A stretch of DNA of 64,000 nt from Bdellovibrionales bacterium (GCA_005776395.1 SXPJ01000103.1:64695-128694); one strand, 5' to 3'; positions 49,904-59,316 are shown, numbered from the stretch's first letter. A program made the numbers and translations. The notes: generated by a model from the sequence alone, not told the origin.

Positions 49904-50446
49904 ATGGTGCGTATTTTCTTAGCAGCTTTTGTGTTCCTGTTTTTTGTAGGCTGCGGAAAAAATGATATTGGAACTATGGGAAGAGGGCCTGGTTATTCGT
50001 CGGGACCTATCACCCAGGCCCCCTATTATCCTCAGCAACCGAACTATCCTCCTCCGTCAGGTCCGTATAATCCTCCTCCTGTTTTTAATCCGCAACTTCC
50101 AGTAGGAATGCCCCAGCAGTTTTATCCATGGATTCCGATGTACAATTTTTTTCTGCAACAACCTCGGATCAGTTACCAATGGACAAATATTTGGTCGAGT
50201 TGGCAAATCTATGCAAACAGAACGGGTTGTGGAACCTACAATTTTCCAGTTTTCTGGAACACCTATTTCCCTACTTACTGGAATTACGGTCCTTATGTTC
50301 CGTTTTATCAGTCCATGTGCACTAACTTCTATTCGTGGATGGGGGCAGACGTAGTTTTACCTTCTACGGCAAATTCCAGCTATTTCTGGATGAACTACTC
50401 CGGGGCTCCTCTTTATGATTACAATGATGGTGGATGGAGTTGGTGA
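49904..50446 (+). CDS. aromatic- and proline-rich lipoprotein
   Basis: Lipobox LFFVGCG; body extremely rich in Y/W/F/P/N/Q (YNPPPVFNPQLP..., YFWMNYSGAPLYDYNDGGWSW). Start taken at the Met of MVRIF (the track ORF starts at 49871). Confidence 0.45.
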   Translation: MVRIFLAAFVFLFFVGCGKNDIGTMGRGPGYSSGPITQAPYYPQQPNYPPPSGPYNPPPVFNPQLPVGMPQQFYPWIPMYNFFLQQPRISYQWTNIWSSWQIYANRTGCGTYNFPVFWNTYFPTYWNYGPYVPFYQSMCTNFYSWMGADVVLPSTANSSYFWMNYSGAPLYDYNDGGWSW

Positions 50447-50542
50447 TACTTTGGTATTTTATCCTGGAACGCTGAGTCGCGCCTTTGTAATAGAACTCCA
50501 AATTTCCGGGTTCTTTCTAAATAACGGCTAGAGGACTAGTCG

Positions 50543-50860
50543 TCACTCGAGGGCTTTGCATAGTTTGTAAAGATGACGAGCGAGTTTGTCCGTGATTTCA
50601 CTCAATTCAGGGTTATGAATCTCAAGTAATTGAAGAGCTGCTATACTTTCACGAAAACTGCCAAGAGCAATACGGTAGAATCTTGCTCTGTCTTTAGGAC
50701 TGGGTTTAGCCGAACCCTCTGCGAGATTCAAAGCCACACTTGAAGCTGCTCGTTGTAATTGCCCCTTCAGATGACAAGGCACTTTAAATTTCGAAACCAA
50801 GCGATAAAATTGAACGGCTAATTCGTAAGTTCTAAAATTATTAGTTCTAAAATTATTCAT
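50543..50860 (-). CDS. four-helix-bundle protein of the 23S rRNA intervening-sequence / Avd-like family
   Basis: YELAVQFYRL ... LKGQLQRAASSVALNLAEG family motifs; an N-terminal 15-bp tandem duplication encodes NNFRTNNFRT. Confidence 0.7.
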   Translation of the reverse strand: MNNFRTNNFRTYELAVQFYRLVSKFKVPCHLKGQLQRAASSVALNLAEGSAKPSPKDRARFYRIALGSFRESIAALQLLEIHNPELSEITDKLARHLYKLCKALE

Positions 50861-50923
50861 TTTTTCCCCTTTAAAAAATTAGTTTTCACCAAGGGCGGAA
50901 ACTAATTTTTTAAAGGGAAAAAA
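50861..50923. repeat. 63-bp near-perfect palindrome (arms about 25 bp) between the divergent duplicate genes; it contains both 5'UTRs and RBSs
   Basis: tttttcccctttaaaaaattagtttt - caccaagggcgg - aaactaattttttaaagggaaaaaa; arms match at 24/25 positions. Confidence 0.8.
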
Positions 50924-51174
50924 ATGAATCTTCGATGTTACGAATTAGTCGTTCAATTTTATCGCTTGTTGCGAATTAAGAAAATCCCAGGACCGTTAAA
51001 GGGTCAATTACAACGAGCAGCTTCAAGTGTGGCTTTGAACTTGGCTGAAGGTTGGGGGGCACTCCTGCAGATAGGCAAAGGTTCTTCCAATCGCTTTTGG
51101 AAGTCACAGAGAGATACAGGCCATTATTCAACTTGAACCTGATGAATTTAACAAAAAGGAACGAGATACTTTGA
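50924..51174 (+). pseudogene. inverted duplicate of the four-helix-bundle gene, frameshifted at a G6 run
   Basis: The first 43 aa are homologous to the other copy. After ggttgggggg, the +2 frame continues the homology (PADRQRFFQSLLEVTERY vs PKDRARFYRIALGSFRES). Confidence 0.5.
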
Positions 51175-51389
51175 CCCTTTAGCTGCTAGCGTCTTCAAAC
51201 TCTGCGCAATTGCCGGGTGCCTTGACCGCAACCCGGTGTGCCAGTTGCCGCAATGCCGAAATCAGCTATCAGCTAGGCGGGGATATATAAATAAAAAAAA
51301 ATAGCGAAATTTCCGTCAAATCTATGACACTTCTTTTGCGGGTCTGACACCTCTTTCGATATTCTTCCCTTTATTTTGTGTTTTGCTCA

Positions 51390-51405
51390 TGGCACTTCCG
51401 TTGCA
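51390..51405 (+). promoter_or_regulatory. sigma-54 (RpoN) -24/-12 promoter element upstream of fliL
   Basis: TGGCAC-ttccg-TTGCA is a perfect match to the TGGCAC-N5-TTGCA consensus, about 39 nt before the fliL ATG. An A-tract and a GC-rich dyad-containing block lie 90-220 bp upstream. Confidence 0.55.
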
Positions 51406-51443
51406 CTGGAGTGCCATGTCACTAAAAAATTGAGGGGGATCGT

Positions 51444-52118
51444 ATGGCCGAAGCTTCTACCGACAAAAAAGCACCCGAATCAAAAAAAGGTGAAGAGAAA
51501 GCTAAAGAGAATCAAAAAGAAAAGCCAAAGCCAAAACTGGCAGTAGCTCCTGAAGGAGCGGCTAATGCTGGGACTAAACCGAAAAGAGATATTTTAAATA
51601 TTTCGATTCTGGTTGTTTCAGTTCTTAATATCGCGATGCTTGTCACTCTAGGGCTCTTCGTCAATAAAATGTCATCAAAAATAAAAGAGGTTCAAGAGAA
51701 AACCACAACCTTAATTGAAGTGGTTAACTCTGAAGAAAAAGAGCGAGAAGAGGCCAGACAGAAAAAGAAAAGTCTAGAAGCCAAATTATTGGGTAAAGAG
51801 TTAGTGGCTCCTCCACAGGGGACTCTTTATCCCTTGGACAGTTTTCTTGTAAATATTTCAAGCGATCAAGGTTCTAAGTTTTTACAAACTCAGTTAGAGC
51901 TGGAACTTAGTGATCCCTCTCTTGAAGAAGAGGTGACTAAGAAAAGAGCGGCCTTAAGAGATGCCATTATCGTGCTTTTATCGAGTAAAAGTTACAAAGA
52001 ACTTAAAGAAGCTAATGGCATCAAATCTTTGAGAGTTGAAGTTCAAAAGACTTTAAATGGACTTTTAACAACTGGAATAATTAAGGAAGTTTTCTTTACT
52101 CAATTTCACTTCAATTAA
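51444..52118 (+). CDS. fliL: flagellar basal-body-associated protein FliL
   Basis: Lys/Glu-rich N-terminus, single TM, LDSFLVNI core and C-terminal VFFTQFHFN. Confidence 0.8.
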   Translation: MAEASTDKKAPESKKGEEKAKENQKEKPKPKLAVAPEGAANAGTKPKRDILNISILVVSVLNIAMLVTLGLFVNKMSSKIKEVQEKTTTLIEVVNSEEKEREEARQKKKSLEAKLLGKELVAPPQGTLYPLDSFLVNISSDQGSKFLQTQLELELSDPSLEEEVTKKRAALRDAIIVLLSSKSYKELKEANGIKSLRVEVQKTLNGLLTTGIIKEVFFTQFHFN

Positions 52119-52130
52119 GGTAAGAAATCT

Positions 52131-53150
52131 ATGGCTGAAGTTTTATCTCAAAATGAAATAGATGCTCTTCTAACTGCCGTTTCTGACGGTAATGTGAAAG
52201 CCACCCCTCCAATTCCTAAAGCAACTCCAGAAATAGATTCGACAAAGTATCCTTTATATGATCTCACCTCTCAAGAGAAGATTACTAAGGGGAAACTGGT
52301 CGCACTTAAGGGGATCCATGAGCGCTTTGTCACATTACTTAGAATGAGCATGGCTCATAGCTTTAAAAAGAATATTTCGATAAAAATTAATCACACAGAA
52401 TTTGTAAAATTCCGTGAATATCTAGCCACGTTAACTCGTCCAGTGAATTTGACTTTGTTTGAGTGTGAAGAGCTAAAGGGAACTATGATAATAACCTCTA
52501 GAAGCTCTTTCACCTATTCCTTGGTGGATGCTTACTACGGAGGCTCAGATCGTCCATATATAAAATCCACTGATGCCGAAAGTTTTACTCTTATCGAAAA
52601 TGAGGTGATTAAAAAGTTTATGCAAATGGCTCAAAAGGATTTAGAGCAGGCATGGAATTTAAATTATCCGATGAAGTTAAATTATCAACGAGCTGAAAGT
52701 AATGGTGTTTTTATTGGAACTATTCAACCCAATGATCTAGTGGCTGTTGTGAATTGTGAAGTGGAAATAGAAAATCTCACAGGATCTGTAGATCTCGTAG
52801 TTCAATTGCATCCCCTGGATAGCATCGCACATGCTCTGAGTGTCAATATTACAGGCCAGATTCCAGGTGAAAAGGAATCCTGGAAGCAGCACTGGTTAAA
52901 AGAGCTAATGGATATGGATTTTGAAATTCGGGGCGTATTGGGTCAAACAGAAAAGTCTCTTAAAGAGATTCGTCAGATGAAAGTGGGAGATGTTTTAGTC
53001 TTAGGACAAGACGCAGCCTCTTCGATCCCCTTACTTATTCAGGATGTGGCGAAGTTTAAGGGAATGATCGGAGTTTTTCGCGGTAACAATGCAGTTAGAT
53101 TAACAAAGGATTTATCCAAAGAAAAAGAGGAGTCGAAAGATGGCAAATGA
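52131..53150 (+). CDS. fliM: flagellar motor switch protein FliM
   Basis: LSQNEIDALL N-terminal CheY-P-binding motif; FliM middle and SpoA domains. Confidence 0.9.
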   Translation: MAEVLSQNEIDALLTAVSDGNVKATPPIPKATPEIDSTKYPLYDLTSQEKITKGKLVALKGIHERFVTLLRMSMAHSFKKNISIKINHTEFVKFREYLATLTRPVNLTLFECEELKGTMIITSRSSFTYSLVDAYYGGSDRPYIKSTDAESFTLIENEVIKKFMQMAQKDLEQAWNLNYPMKLNYQRAESNGVFIGTIQPNDLVAVVNCEVEIENLTGSVDLVVQLHPLDSIAHALSVNITGQIPGEKESWKQHWLKELMDMDFEIRGVLGQTEKSLKEIRQMKVGDVLVLGQDAASSIPLLIQDVAKFKGMIGVFRGNNAVRLTKDLSKEKEESKDGK

Positions 53151-53517
53151 AGGCGCAAAAACACAAGGTGAGCAAAATATAAACCCTGAAGAAACTGTGG
53201 CTCAGCCAGAATTAAAGCTCCACGTTAATCCCAGTGCCAATGAGAGTGAGAACTCGCTGGATTTAATTCTAGATATTCCTCTTAAAGTTAGCGTGGAACT
53301 TGGAAGAACTAAGATTTTAGTTCAAGATCTTTTGAAACTTCATAAAGGGAGTGTCATTGAACTTACGAAATTAGCGGGCGATCCCTTGGAGATTCTAGTG
53401 AACGACAAGGTGGTCGCAAAGGGTGAGGTTATCGTCATTAATGAGAAGTTTGGTATCCGACTTACCGATATCGTGAGTCATGCACAGAGAATTAGACAAT
53501 TAGGAGAATCGAAGTGA
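53140..53517 (+). CDS. fliN: flagellar motor switch protein FliN
   Basis: SpoA domain (LDIPLKVSVELGRTKILVQDLLKLHKGSVIEL). Confidence 0.85.
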   Translation: MANEGAKTQGEQNINPEETVAQPELKLHVNPSANESENSLDLILDIPLKVSVELGRTKILVQDLLKLHKGSVIELTKLAGDPLEILVNDKVVAKGEVIVINEKFGIRLTDIVSHAQRIRQLGESK

Positions 53518-54323
53518 AATATCTAACTCTAATCCTTCTGGTAAGTGCTACCATTTTTGGATTTGAAATATCCTCAGTGAAAGTTGGTGGCGATAATCAG
53601 GCTGTAATTGAGTTTGTAGGAATCGGAGTCAAAAGCTCTGCTCCTACTTATAAAGTCTCAGGTAATATAGTTGAACTAAATTTCGCTAATACGACTTTAG
53701 CCCAGGTTCATCAAGGTAAGTTAGATGTAAGCTCTCCTCATGCCTTAGTTCACAGAGTGAGTCTCTTTGAGTCAGCCGCTAAGCAGGTAAGAGCCATGGT
53801 GGTGCTTAACGGCTCCCTTGAAGGATTGAAAAATCGTTTAGCTACCTCTGAGAGTTCTCAGGGGGTTGTTCTTAAAGTGGATTATCCTAGAGTTGGAAAC
53901 TCAACCCTGGATCTTTTAAAAGAAGAACAGCTTCCGCTTCAAGATGTAAGCAAAGAATCCAAAAAGGAATCTAAAGGCTTTCAATGGGTGCAGATTGTTC
54001 TCTTTTTAATTGTAGTGCTGGGAGCGGGTGTTTCAACTTTTTTTATCGTTCGATTCGCTAAGGCGAAGGGCACCTGGGGAGGGAGCCGTAAATATTTAAT
54101 TGAGCAACTAAGCTATGTTCCTGTAGGAGGAACTAAAAGTGGTGTGGCTTTGGTTAAAGTGGGGAGTGACTTTGTTTTGTTAGGAGTGACTCAGAATCAG
54201 GTTACATTTCTATCAAATCTTCCCAAACTTTCAGAGCAATACGAAGAAGAAAACAGTTTTGAGAAAAACGCTTTTAATGAAGCTGTTAAGGAGCAGATTC
54301 GAGGAAATACATTTACTGTATGA
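53514..54323 (+). CDS. fliO: FliO-like flagellar export assembly protein with a roughly 150-aa N-terminal periplasmic extension
   Basis: TM helix plus LIEQLSYVPVGGTKSGVALVKVGSDFVLLGVT FliO core; the protein is unusually long (269 aa). Confidence 0.5.
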   Translation: MKYLTLILLVSATIFGFEISSVKVGGDNQAVIEFVGIGVKSSAPTYKVSGNIVELNFANTTLAQVHQGKLDVSSPHALVHRVSLFESAAKQVRAMVVLNGSLEGLKNRLATSESSQGVVLKVDYPRVGNSTLDLLKEEQLPLQDVSKESKKESKGFQWVQIVLFLIVVLGAGVSTFFIVRFAKAKGTWGGSRKYLIEQLSYVPVGGTKSGVALVKVGSDFVLLGVTQNQVTFLSNLPKLSEQYEEENSFEKNAFNEAVKEQIRGNTFTV

Positions 54324-55066
54324 ATATTTCATTCACCCTATTCAAATTCTTTATGTCGGTAGCTCATTCAGCCCCCAAATCTGAAGGAGGGCTGTTACCG
54401 CCACTTCAACTGTCCATGGGATCAGCCAATAACCCGGAGCAGGTCGCGGTTGTTCTAAAAATCGTAGCAATGCTTACGATTCTCTCTCTGGCCCCTTCAT
54501 TGCTCATCATGATGACCTCTTTTGTGAGGATCGTGATTGTATTATCTTTTTTAAGACAGGCGATCGGAACTCAGGTTCTTCCTCCTAATCAGCTCATTAT
54601 CGGTCTCGCTCTATTTTTGACCTCCTTTATTATGGCTCCAGTTTGGAAGGGGATTCACCAGGAAGCTCTAATTCCTTACTTAGACAATAAGGTCAGCCAA
54701 TCTGATGCCTTGGCTTATACCGAGGGGGCCATTCGAAAATTTATGTTTAAACAGACTCGAGATAAGGATCTTGGGTTGTTTGTTAAGTTATCAAATATGG
54801 CTATGCCCACCAAGAGAGCTGATGTTCCCACCTATCTTTTGATTCCTGCCTTTATGATCTCAGAGCTTAAGACCGCTTTTTTAATTGGATTTATGATCTA
54901 CATTCCATTTCTTGTTCTCGACATGGTTGTAGCAAGTGTTCTCATGGCCATGGGGATGATGATGCTGCCCCCTGTGGTTATTTCATTACCATTTAAATTG
55001 ATCCTTTTTGTTCTTGTGGATGGATGGCAGTTAATCATTGGTTCATTGGTTAAGAGCTTTGGATAA
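54320..55066 (+). CDS. fliP: flagellar biosynthesis protein FliP
   Basis: MTSFVRIVIVLSFLRQAIGTQ motif. Confidence 0.9.
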   Translation: MNISFTLFKFFMSVAHSAPKSEGGLLPPLQLSMGSANNPEQVAVVLKIVAMLTILSLAPSLLIMMTSFVRIVIVLSFLRQAIGTQVLPPNQLIIGLALFLTSFIMAPVWKGIHQEALIPYLDNKVSQSDALAYTEGAIRKFMFKQTRDKDLGLFVKLSNMAMPTKRADVPTYLLIPAFMISELKTAFLIGFMIYIPFLVLDMVVASVLMAMGMMMLPPVVISLPFKLILFVLVDGWQLIIGSLVKSFG

Positions 55067-55069
55067 TTT

Positions 55070-55339
55070 ATGCAAACAGAGCAAATTTTAGATATCACAC
55101 GGCAAGCAATGCGAGTGGCAGTTTTGCTCTCTGCTCCACTACTTCTCTTTGGACTTGTGGTTGGTGTGTTAATGAATGTTTTGCAAGCGGTAACACAAAT
55201 TACCGAAACAACTTTAGCTGTAGTCCCTAAAATGGCGGCTATGCTTTTAGCTTTGATAATTTTTTCTCCATGGATGCTGGATATATTGATGGATTTCACC
55301 ACTCAGTTATTTGAAAGCATCCCAAGTATGATTCGATAA
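55070..55339 (+). CDS. fliQ: flagellar biosynthesis protein FliQ
   Basis: 89 aa, two TM helices, FliQ family. Confidence 0.85.
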   Translation: MQTEQILDITRQAMRVAVLLSAPLLLFGLVVGVLMNVLQAVTQITETTLAVVPKMAAMLLALIIFSPWMLDILMDFTTQLFESIPSMIR

Positions 55340-55344
55340 AAACC

Positions 55345-56130
55345 ATGACATCACTCTATCCCAACAACTGGATGGCCTATCTAGGTGTGTTTACAGTTTT
55401 TGTGCGAGTGCTTGGGTTTTTTATGTTGGTTCCTGGCTTTTCTCATAAAACAATTCCAGTTAATATTCGTGTTCTTCTTTGCATGTCCCTTTCCTTGGCT
55501 TTTTATCCTCTGGTCCAAAATATGATTGGAACTTTCCCTGACACCTGGGGAGGAATTTTCTTGGTTGCATTAAAAGAGACCGGAGTAGGTCTCCTTATGG
55601 GGTTTATCTGTTATTTAACTTATGAAGCCATTCATCTTGCGGCTCAAATTGTAGGCTATCAGATGGGTTTCGGAACAGCAGGACTTATTGATCCCGCTAA
55701 TCAAAGCAATGAATCTTTATTAGTTCCTCTGCACAGTTGGCTGGCTCTTTTAGTTCTCTTTACTACAGATCTTCATCACCATCTTCTTAAATTGTTTCTT
55801 ATGAGTTATGTAGCCACTCAAAAACTTCAGATAGCTAGTTTTTCCAATGAAGAAACCTTTCGTCTGGTAACTCAAGTCTCAGGAAATTTATTTGTATTAG
55901 CCATTCAAATGGGGGCTCCATTCACTCTTTTAATATTATCTTGTAACGTCGTTATGGGGGTTCTTTCTAGACTGATGCCTCAACTTAATGTCATGTTATT
56001 TAGTTTTCCAATTACAATTCTTCTTGGGTTTTGCGCTCTTTATCTTCTAGCTCCTGAGATTCTTGAATATATGGGGAATTTATTAGGAGAAATGGGACAG
56101 AACTGCGTTCTGCTATTGAAAACTTTTTAA
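55345..56130 (+). CDS. fliR: flagellar biosynthesis protein FliR
   Basis: Six TM helices; FliR family. Confidence 0.85.
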   Translation: MTSLYPNNWMAYLGVFTVFVRVLGFFMLVPGFSHKTIPVNIRVLLCMSLSLAFYPLVQNMIGTFPDTWGGIFLVALKETGVGLLMGFICYLTYEAIHLAAQIVGYQMGFGTAGLIDPANQSNESLLVPLHSWLALLVLFTTDLHHHLLKLFLMSYVATQKLQIASFSNEETFRLVTQVSGNLFVLAIQMGAPFTLLILSCNVVMGVLSRLMPQLNVMLFSFPITILLGFCALYLLAPEILEYMGNLLGEMGQNCVLLLKTF

Positions 56131-56139
56131 CTGTAAATT

Positions 56140-57219
56140 ATGGCACTATTCGATGATTCAAATGATGAACGTACCGAGACTGCGACGCCGTATCGTCGTG
56201 AGGAGTTTCGTAAGCAAGGAACCGTAGCCATGAGCCGAGAGGTTCTCTCGGTGTTGATGATGGGGGCTGTTGCATTTGCTCTTTACGGCAGTTGTCATAC
56301 GATGCTAACTCAGTTTTCCACTCTCGCGCAGCAGTATTTTGGATTTCTTGTTCGTGGTGAATTTGAAAAAACTCAACTTCTTGAGATGAGATGGGGAGTG
56401 TTTAAATCTCTGGCCTGGATGGTCTTTCCTGTTTTAACTACAGCAATGGTTGCTGGAATTGTCTCCTCTGTTCTTCAAGTAGGCTTCTATTTCACTACAG
56501 AACCTCTAACTCCTAAGTGGGAAAGAATTAATCCCATTAATGGTTTTAATCGAATGTTTTCAGGTCAAGGGTTCATTGAGGTTATTAAAGCTCTGATTAA
56601 GATTGCTATTGCTGGCTGGGTTGTGTGGAAATTTATAAAAGCAGAAGCTCCTCAAGTGGGAGTTCTATACCAGAAATCCACACTTGAAATAACGACAATT
56701 ACGTTGATCTCCGTTGGGAAATTAATGGTGAGTTTACTTCTTTTTTTAGCAGTTATAGCGGCTCTTGATTATGCTTTTCAGAAGTTTCAGCTAGAAAAGA
56801 AAATGAAAATGACCCGAAGGGAAGCCAAAGAAGAATTTAAACTTCGAGAGGGAGATCCTTTAATTAAGTCTAGGATTAGAAGTATTCAGAGAAAAATAGC
56901 TAGCCGTAGAATGATGGAGGAGATTCCCAAGTCAACAGTGATTGTTACCAACCCCACCCATTTGGCGGTTGCACTTCAATATGAAGCTGGAATGCAGGCT
57001 CCTAAGATAGTGGCAAAAGGGGCTGGTTTTGTAGCAGATAAGATTAAGGAAATTGCACGGGCTAATCGAATTCCTATTGTGGAAAATAAGCCACTGGCCC
57101 GTAATATATTTAAGAATATTCCGATTGGACAATATATTCCGAGAGAACTTTATAAAGCTGTCGCTGAAGTTCTCTCCTATGTGTACAAGCTGCGTGGACT
57201 AATTCGAGCTCCAGCTTGA
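56140..57219 (+). CDS. flhB: flagellar biosynthesis protein FlhB
   Basis: MTRREAKEEFKLREGDP ... NPTH autocleavage motif. Confidence 0.9.
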   Translation: MALFDDSNDERTETATPYRREEFRKQGTVAMSREVLSVLMMGAVAFALYGSCHTMLTQFSTLAQQYFGFLVRGEFEKTQLLEMRWGVFKSLAWMVFPVLTTAMVAGIVSSVLQVGFYFTTEPLTPKWERINPINGFNRMFSGQGFIEVIKALIKIAIAGWVVWKFIKAEAPQVGVLYQKSTLEITTITLISVGKLMVSLLLFLAVIAALDYAFQKFQLEKKMKMTRREAKEEFKLREGDPLIKSRIRSIQRKIASRRMMEEIPKSTVIVTNPTHLAVALQYEAGMQAPKIVAKGAGFVADKIKEIARANRIPIVENKPLARNIFKNIPIGQYIPRELYKAVAEVLSYVYKLRGLIRAPA

Positions 57220-57239
57220 GCTAGTGAAAGAGGCCAACA

Positions 57240-59315
57240 ATGAATGAGAAAAAAAGATTCGACTTCAGCAAGCTGATTCAGCATGCGGATTTAATAGTTG
57301 CATTGGGAGTGCTGGGAATATTGGTGGTTATGATCCTTCCCATCCCGGCCTTCTTGATGGATCTTTTTATCGTTACAAATATTACAGTTGCTATTGCGAT
57401 TCTTCTGGTTTCTGTTTATGCGGGTCGGCCCCTAGACTTCTCTGTTTTTCCTACGGTCTTATTATTTGCAACTCTTTTCAGATTAGCTCTAAATATTGCG
57501 AGCATTCGTTTGATCTTAGTTCACGGGCATGAGGGAACTGCAGCTGCGGGACATATCATTGAGACCTTTGGGGAGTTTGTGGTGGGGGGAAGTTACATCG
57601 TGGGAGCTGTAGTTTTTATCCTCCTTGTAGTTATTAACTTTGTTGTTATCACCAAAGGTTCTGGCAGGGTCGCTGAGGTTGCGGCTCGATTTATTTTAGA
57701 TTCGATGCCTGGTAAACAAATGAGCATTGATGCCGATTTGAATGCGGGCCTTATCAATGAAGAACAAGCACGAGAGAGAAGAAAAAAGGTTGAGCAAGAG
57801 GCTGACTTTTACGGAGCCATGGATGGTGCTAGTAAATTCGTTCGTGGAGATGCTATTGCCGGTATTTTAATTACTCTTATTAACGTAATCGGTGGATTTG
57901 CAATTGGTGTCTTTCAAAAAGGATTGGATCTTGAGAAAGCTGCTCAACTTTATACTTTGATGACTATTGGTGATGGTCTTGTAACACAGATTCCTTCACT
58001 TATTATTTCTACTGCTTCTGGTATCATTGTGACCCGCGCAGCTTCTGGCAGCAATCTTTCTAAAGAGGTGGCTCGTCAGATTTTAATGCAACCTCGAGCG
58101 ATGTCGATCACTTCAGGGATTCTTTTCTTCATGGGTATTATTCCTGGACTTCCTGCAGCCCCCTTTTTCCTTCTTGCTGTTATTCTTGGAATCGCCTCTT
58201 GGGCAGTTATAAATCATGAGAAACTTAAGAAAGATAATAAAGAGAAAGAGACTAAAAAAGCTGCTGAAGTTCAGGCTATTGAAACCAATGTCCCCCCTGA
58301 AGTTGATATTCTTGAGCTTCAAGTGGGGTATGGACTTGTAAATATTGTTGAAGGGGAAAATAAAGGGGATCTTATTGATAGGATTTTTGGAATCCGAAAA
58401 GAATTTGCCAAAGATCTTGGAATTATTGTTCCCAAAGTGCGAATTAAAGATAATTTGGAATTGCAGCCTAACGAGTATTCGATTCTTGTTAAAGGTATCT
58501 CCATTGGAATAGGTGAGCTGATGCCAGGTTATGTATTGGCTATGGATCCGGGAGATATTAAAGAACCGATAGGTGGTATTGAAACCAAAGAACCTGTATT
58601 TGGACTATCGGCCTTGTGGATACCGGTAAGTCAAAAAGAGAAAGCACAAATGTTGGGTTATACTGTGGTCGATAGTTCGACAGTTATTGCAACTCACCTG
58701 TCTGAAATAATCAGAACCCAAGCGTATGAACTTATCGGTCGACAAGAACTTCAGGCTCTTATCGATAATCTAGCTAAGACCCATCCGAAAGTGGTTGAGG
58801 AGCTTATTCCTAATGTCCTTCCCTTGGGAACGGTACTTAAAGTTTGTCAGGGGCTATTGCGAGAACTGGTTCCAATTCGTGACATGCTCACGGTTATGGA
58901 GACTCTTGCCAATTATGGATCAAGTTATAAAGATCCTGAGGTCCTTACTGAATTTGTTAGAACCGCGCTTTCGAGAACCATCACACATCGTCTTTTAAGC
59001 AGTCAAGGTGAGTTAGAGGTCATGCATATGCAGTCCAAGACTGAGGAAATGCTGATTAGGGCTTATCAGAAGACTGAAGGCGGTGCGAACTTGAATCTAG
59101 AAGCAGGGTTCTTTGAGAAGCTAGTTTCTAGTATTCAGAAACAGATTGAGGAAACTGTTTTCTCAACGGGAGCTCCGGTGCTCTTATGTCATCCCTTAGT
59201 GAGATCAAGTTTCAAGAAGATGATTACTAGATTTATACCGAATATTACGATTATTTCCGCCAATGAAATTTCAAGTACTGCAAAAGTAAAATTCGTTGCA
59301 ACTGTGGAGGCATAA
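57240..59315 (+). CDS. flhA: flagellar biosynthesis protein FlhA
   Basis: Eight-TM N-domain with the FHIPEP motif region and a cytoplasmic C-domain. Confidence 0.95.
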   Translation: MNEKKRFDFSKLIQHADLIVALGVLGILVVMILPIPAFLMDLFIVTNITVAIAILLVSVYAGRPLDFSVFPTVLLFATLFRLALNIASIRLILVHGHEGTAAAGHIIETFGEFVVGGSYIVGAVVFILLVVINFVVITKGSGRVAEVAARFILDSMPGKQMSIDADLNAGLINEEQARERRKKVEQEADFYGAMDGASKFVRGDAIAGILITLINVIGGFAIGVFQKGLDLEKAAQLYTLMTIGDGLVTQIPSLIISTASGIIVTRAASGSNLSKEVARQILMQPRAMSITSGILFFMGIIPGLPAAPFFLLAVILGIASWAVINHEKLKKDNKEKETKKAAEVQAIETNVPPEVDILELQVGYGLVNIVEGENKGDLIDRIFGIRKEFAKDLGIIVPKVRIKDNLELQPNEYSILVKGISIGIGELMPGYVLAMDPGDIKEPIGGIETKEPVFGLSALWIPVSQKEKAQMLGYTVVDSSTVIATHLSEIIRTQAYELIGRQELQALIDNLAKTHPKVVEELIPNVLPLGTVLKVCQGLLRELVPIRDMLTVMETLANYGSSYKDPEVLTEFVRTALSRTITHRLLSSQGELEVMHMQSKTEEMLIRAYQKTEGGANLNLEAGFFEKLVSSIQKQIEETVFSTGAPVLLCHPLVRSSFKKMITRFIPNITIISANEISSTAKVKFVATVEA

Positions 59316-59316
59316 A

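Noticed and set aside
49871-51443. Complete diversity-generating retroelement (Avd plus a target gene with Asn/Tyr-rich C-terminus)
   Set aside because: No reverse transcriptase ORF and no template-repeat copy are present in the window. Only the Avd-family genes and a compositionally suggestive neighbour are seen.
59296-59316. Track start of flhF at 59296 (MQLWRHK...) overlapping flhA
   Set aside because: ATG 59317 (MFVKKFEAPSLEQAL) has GGAGG 8 nt upstream and matches FlhF N-termini.
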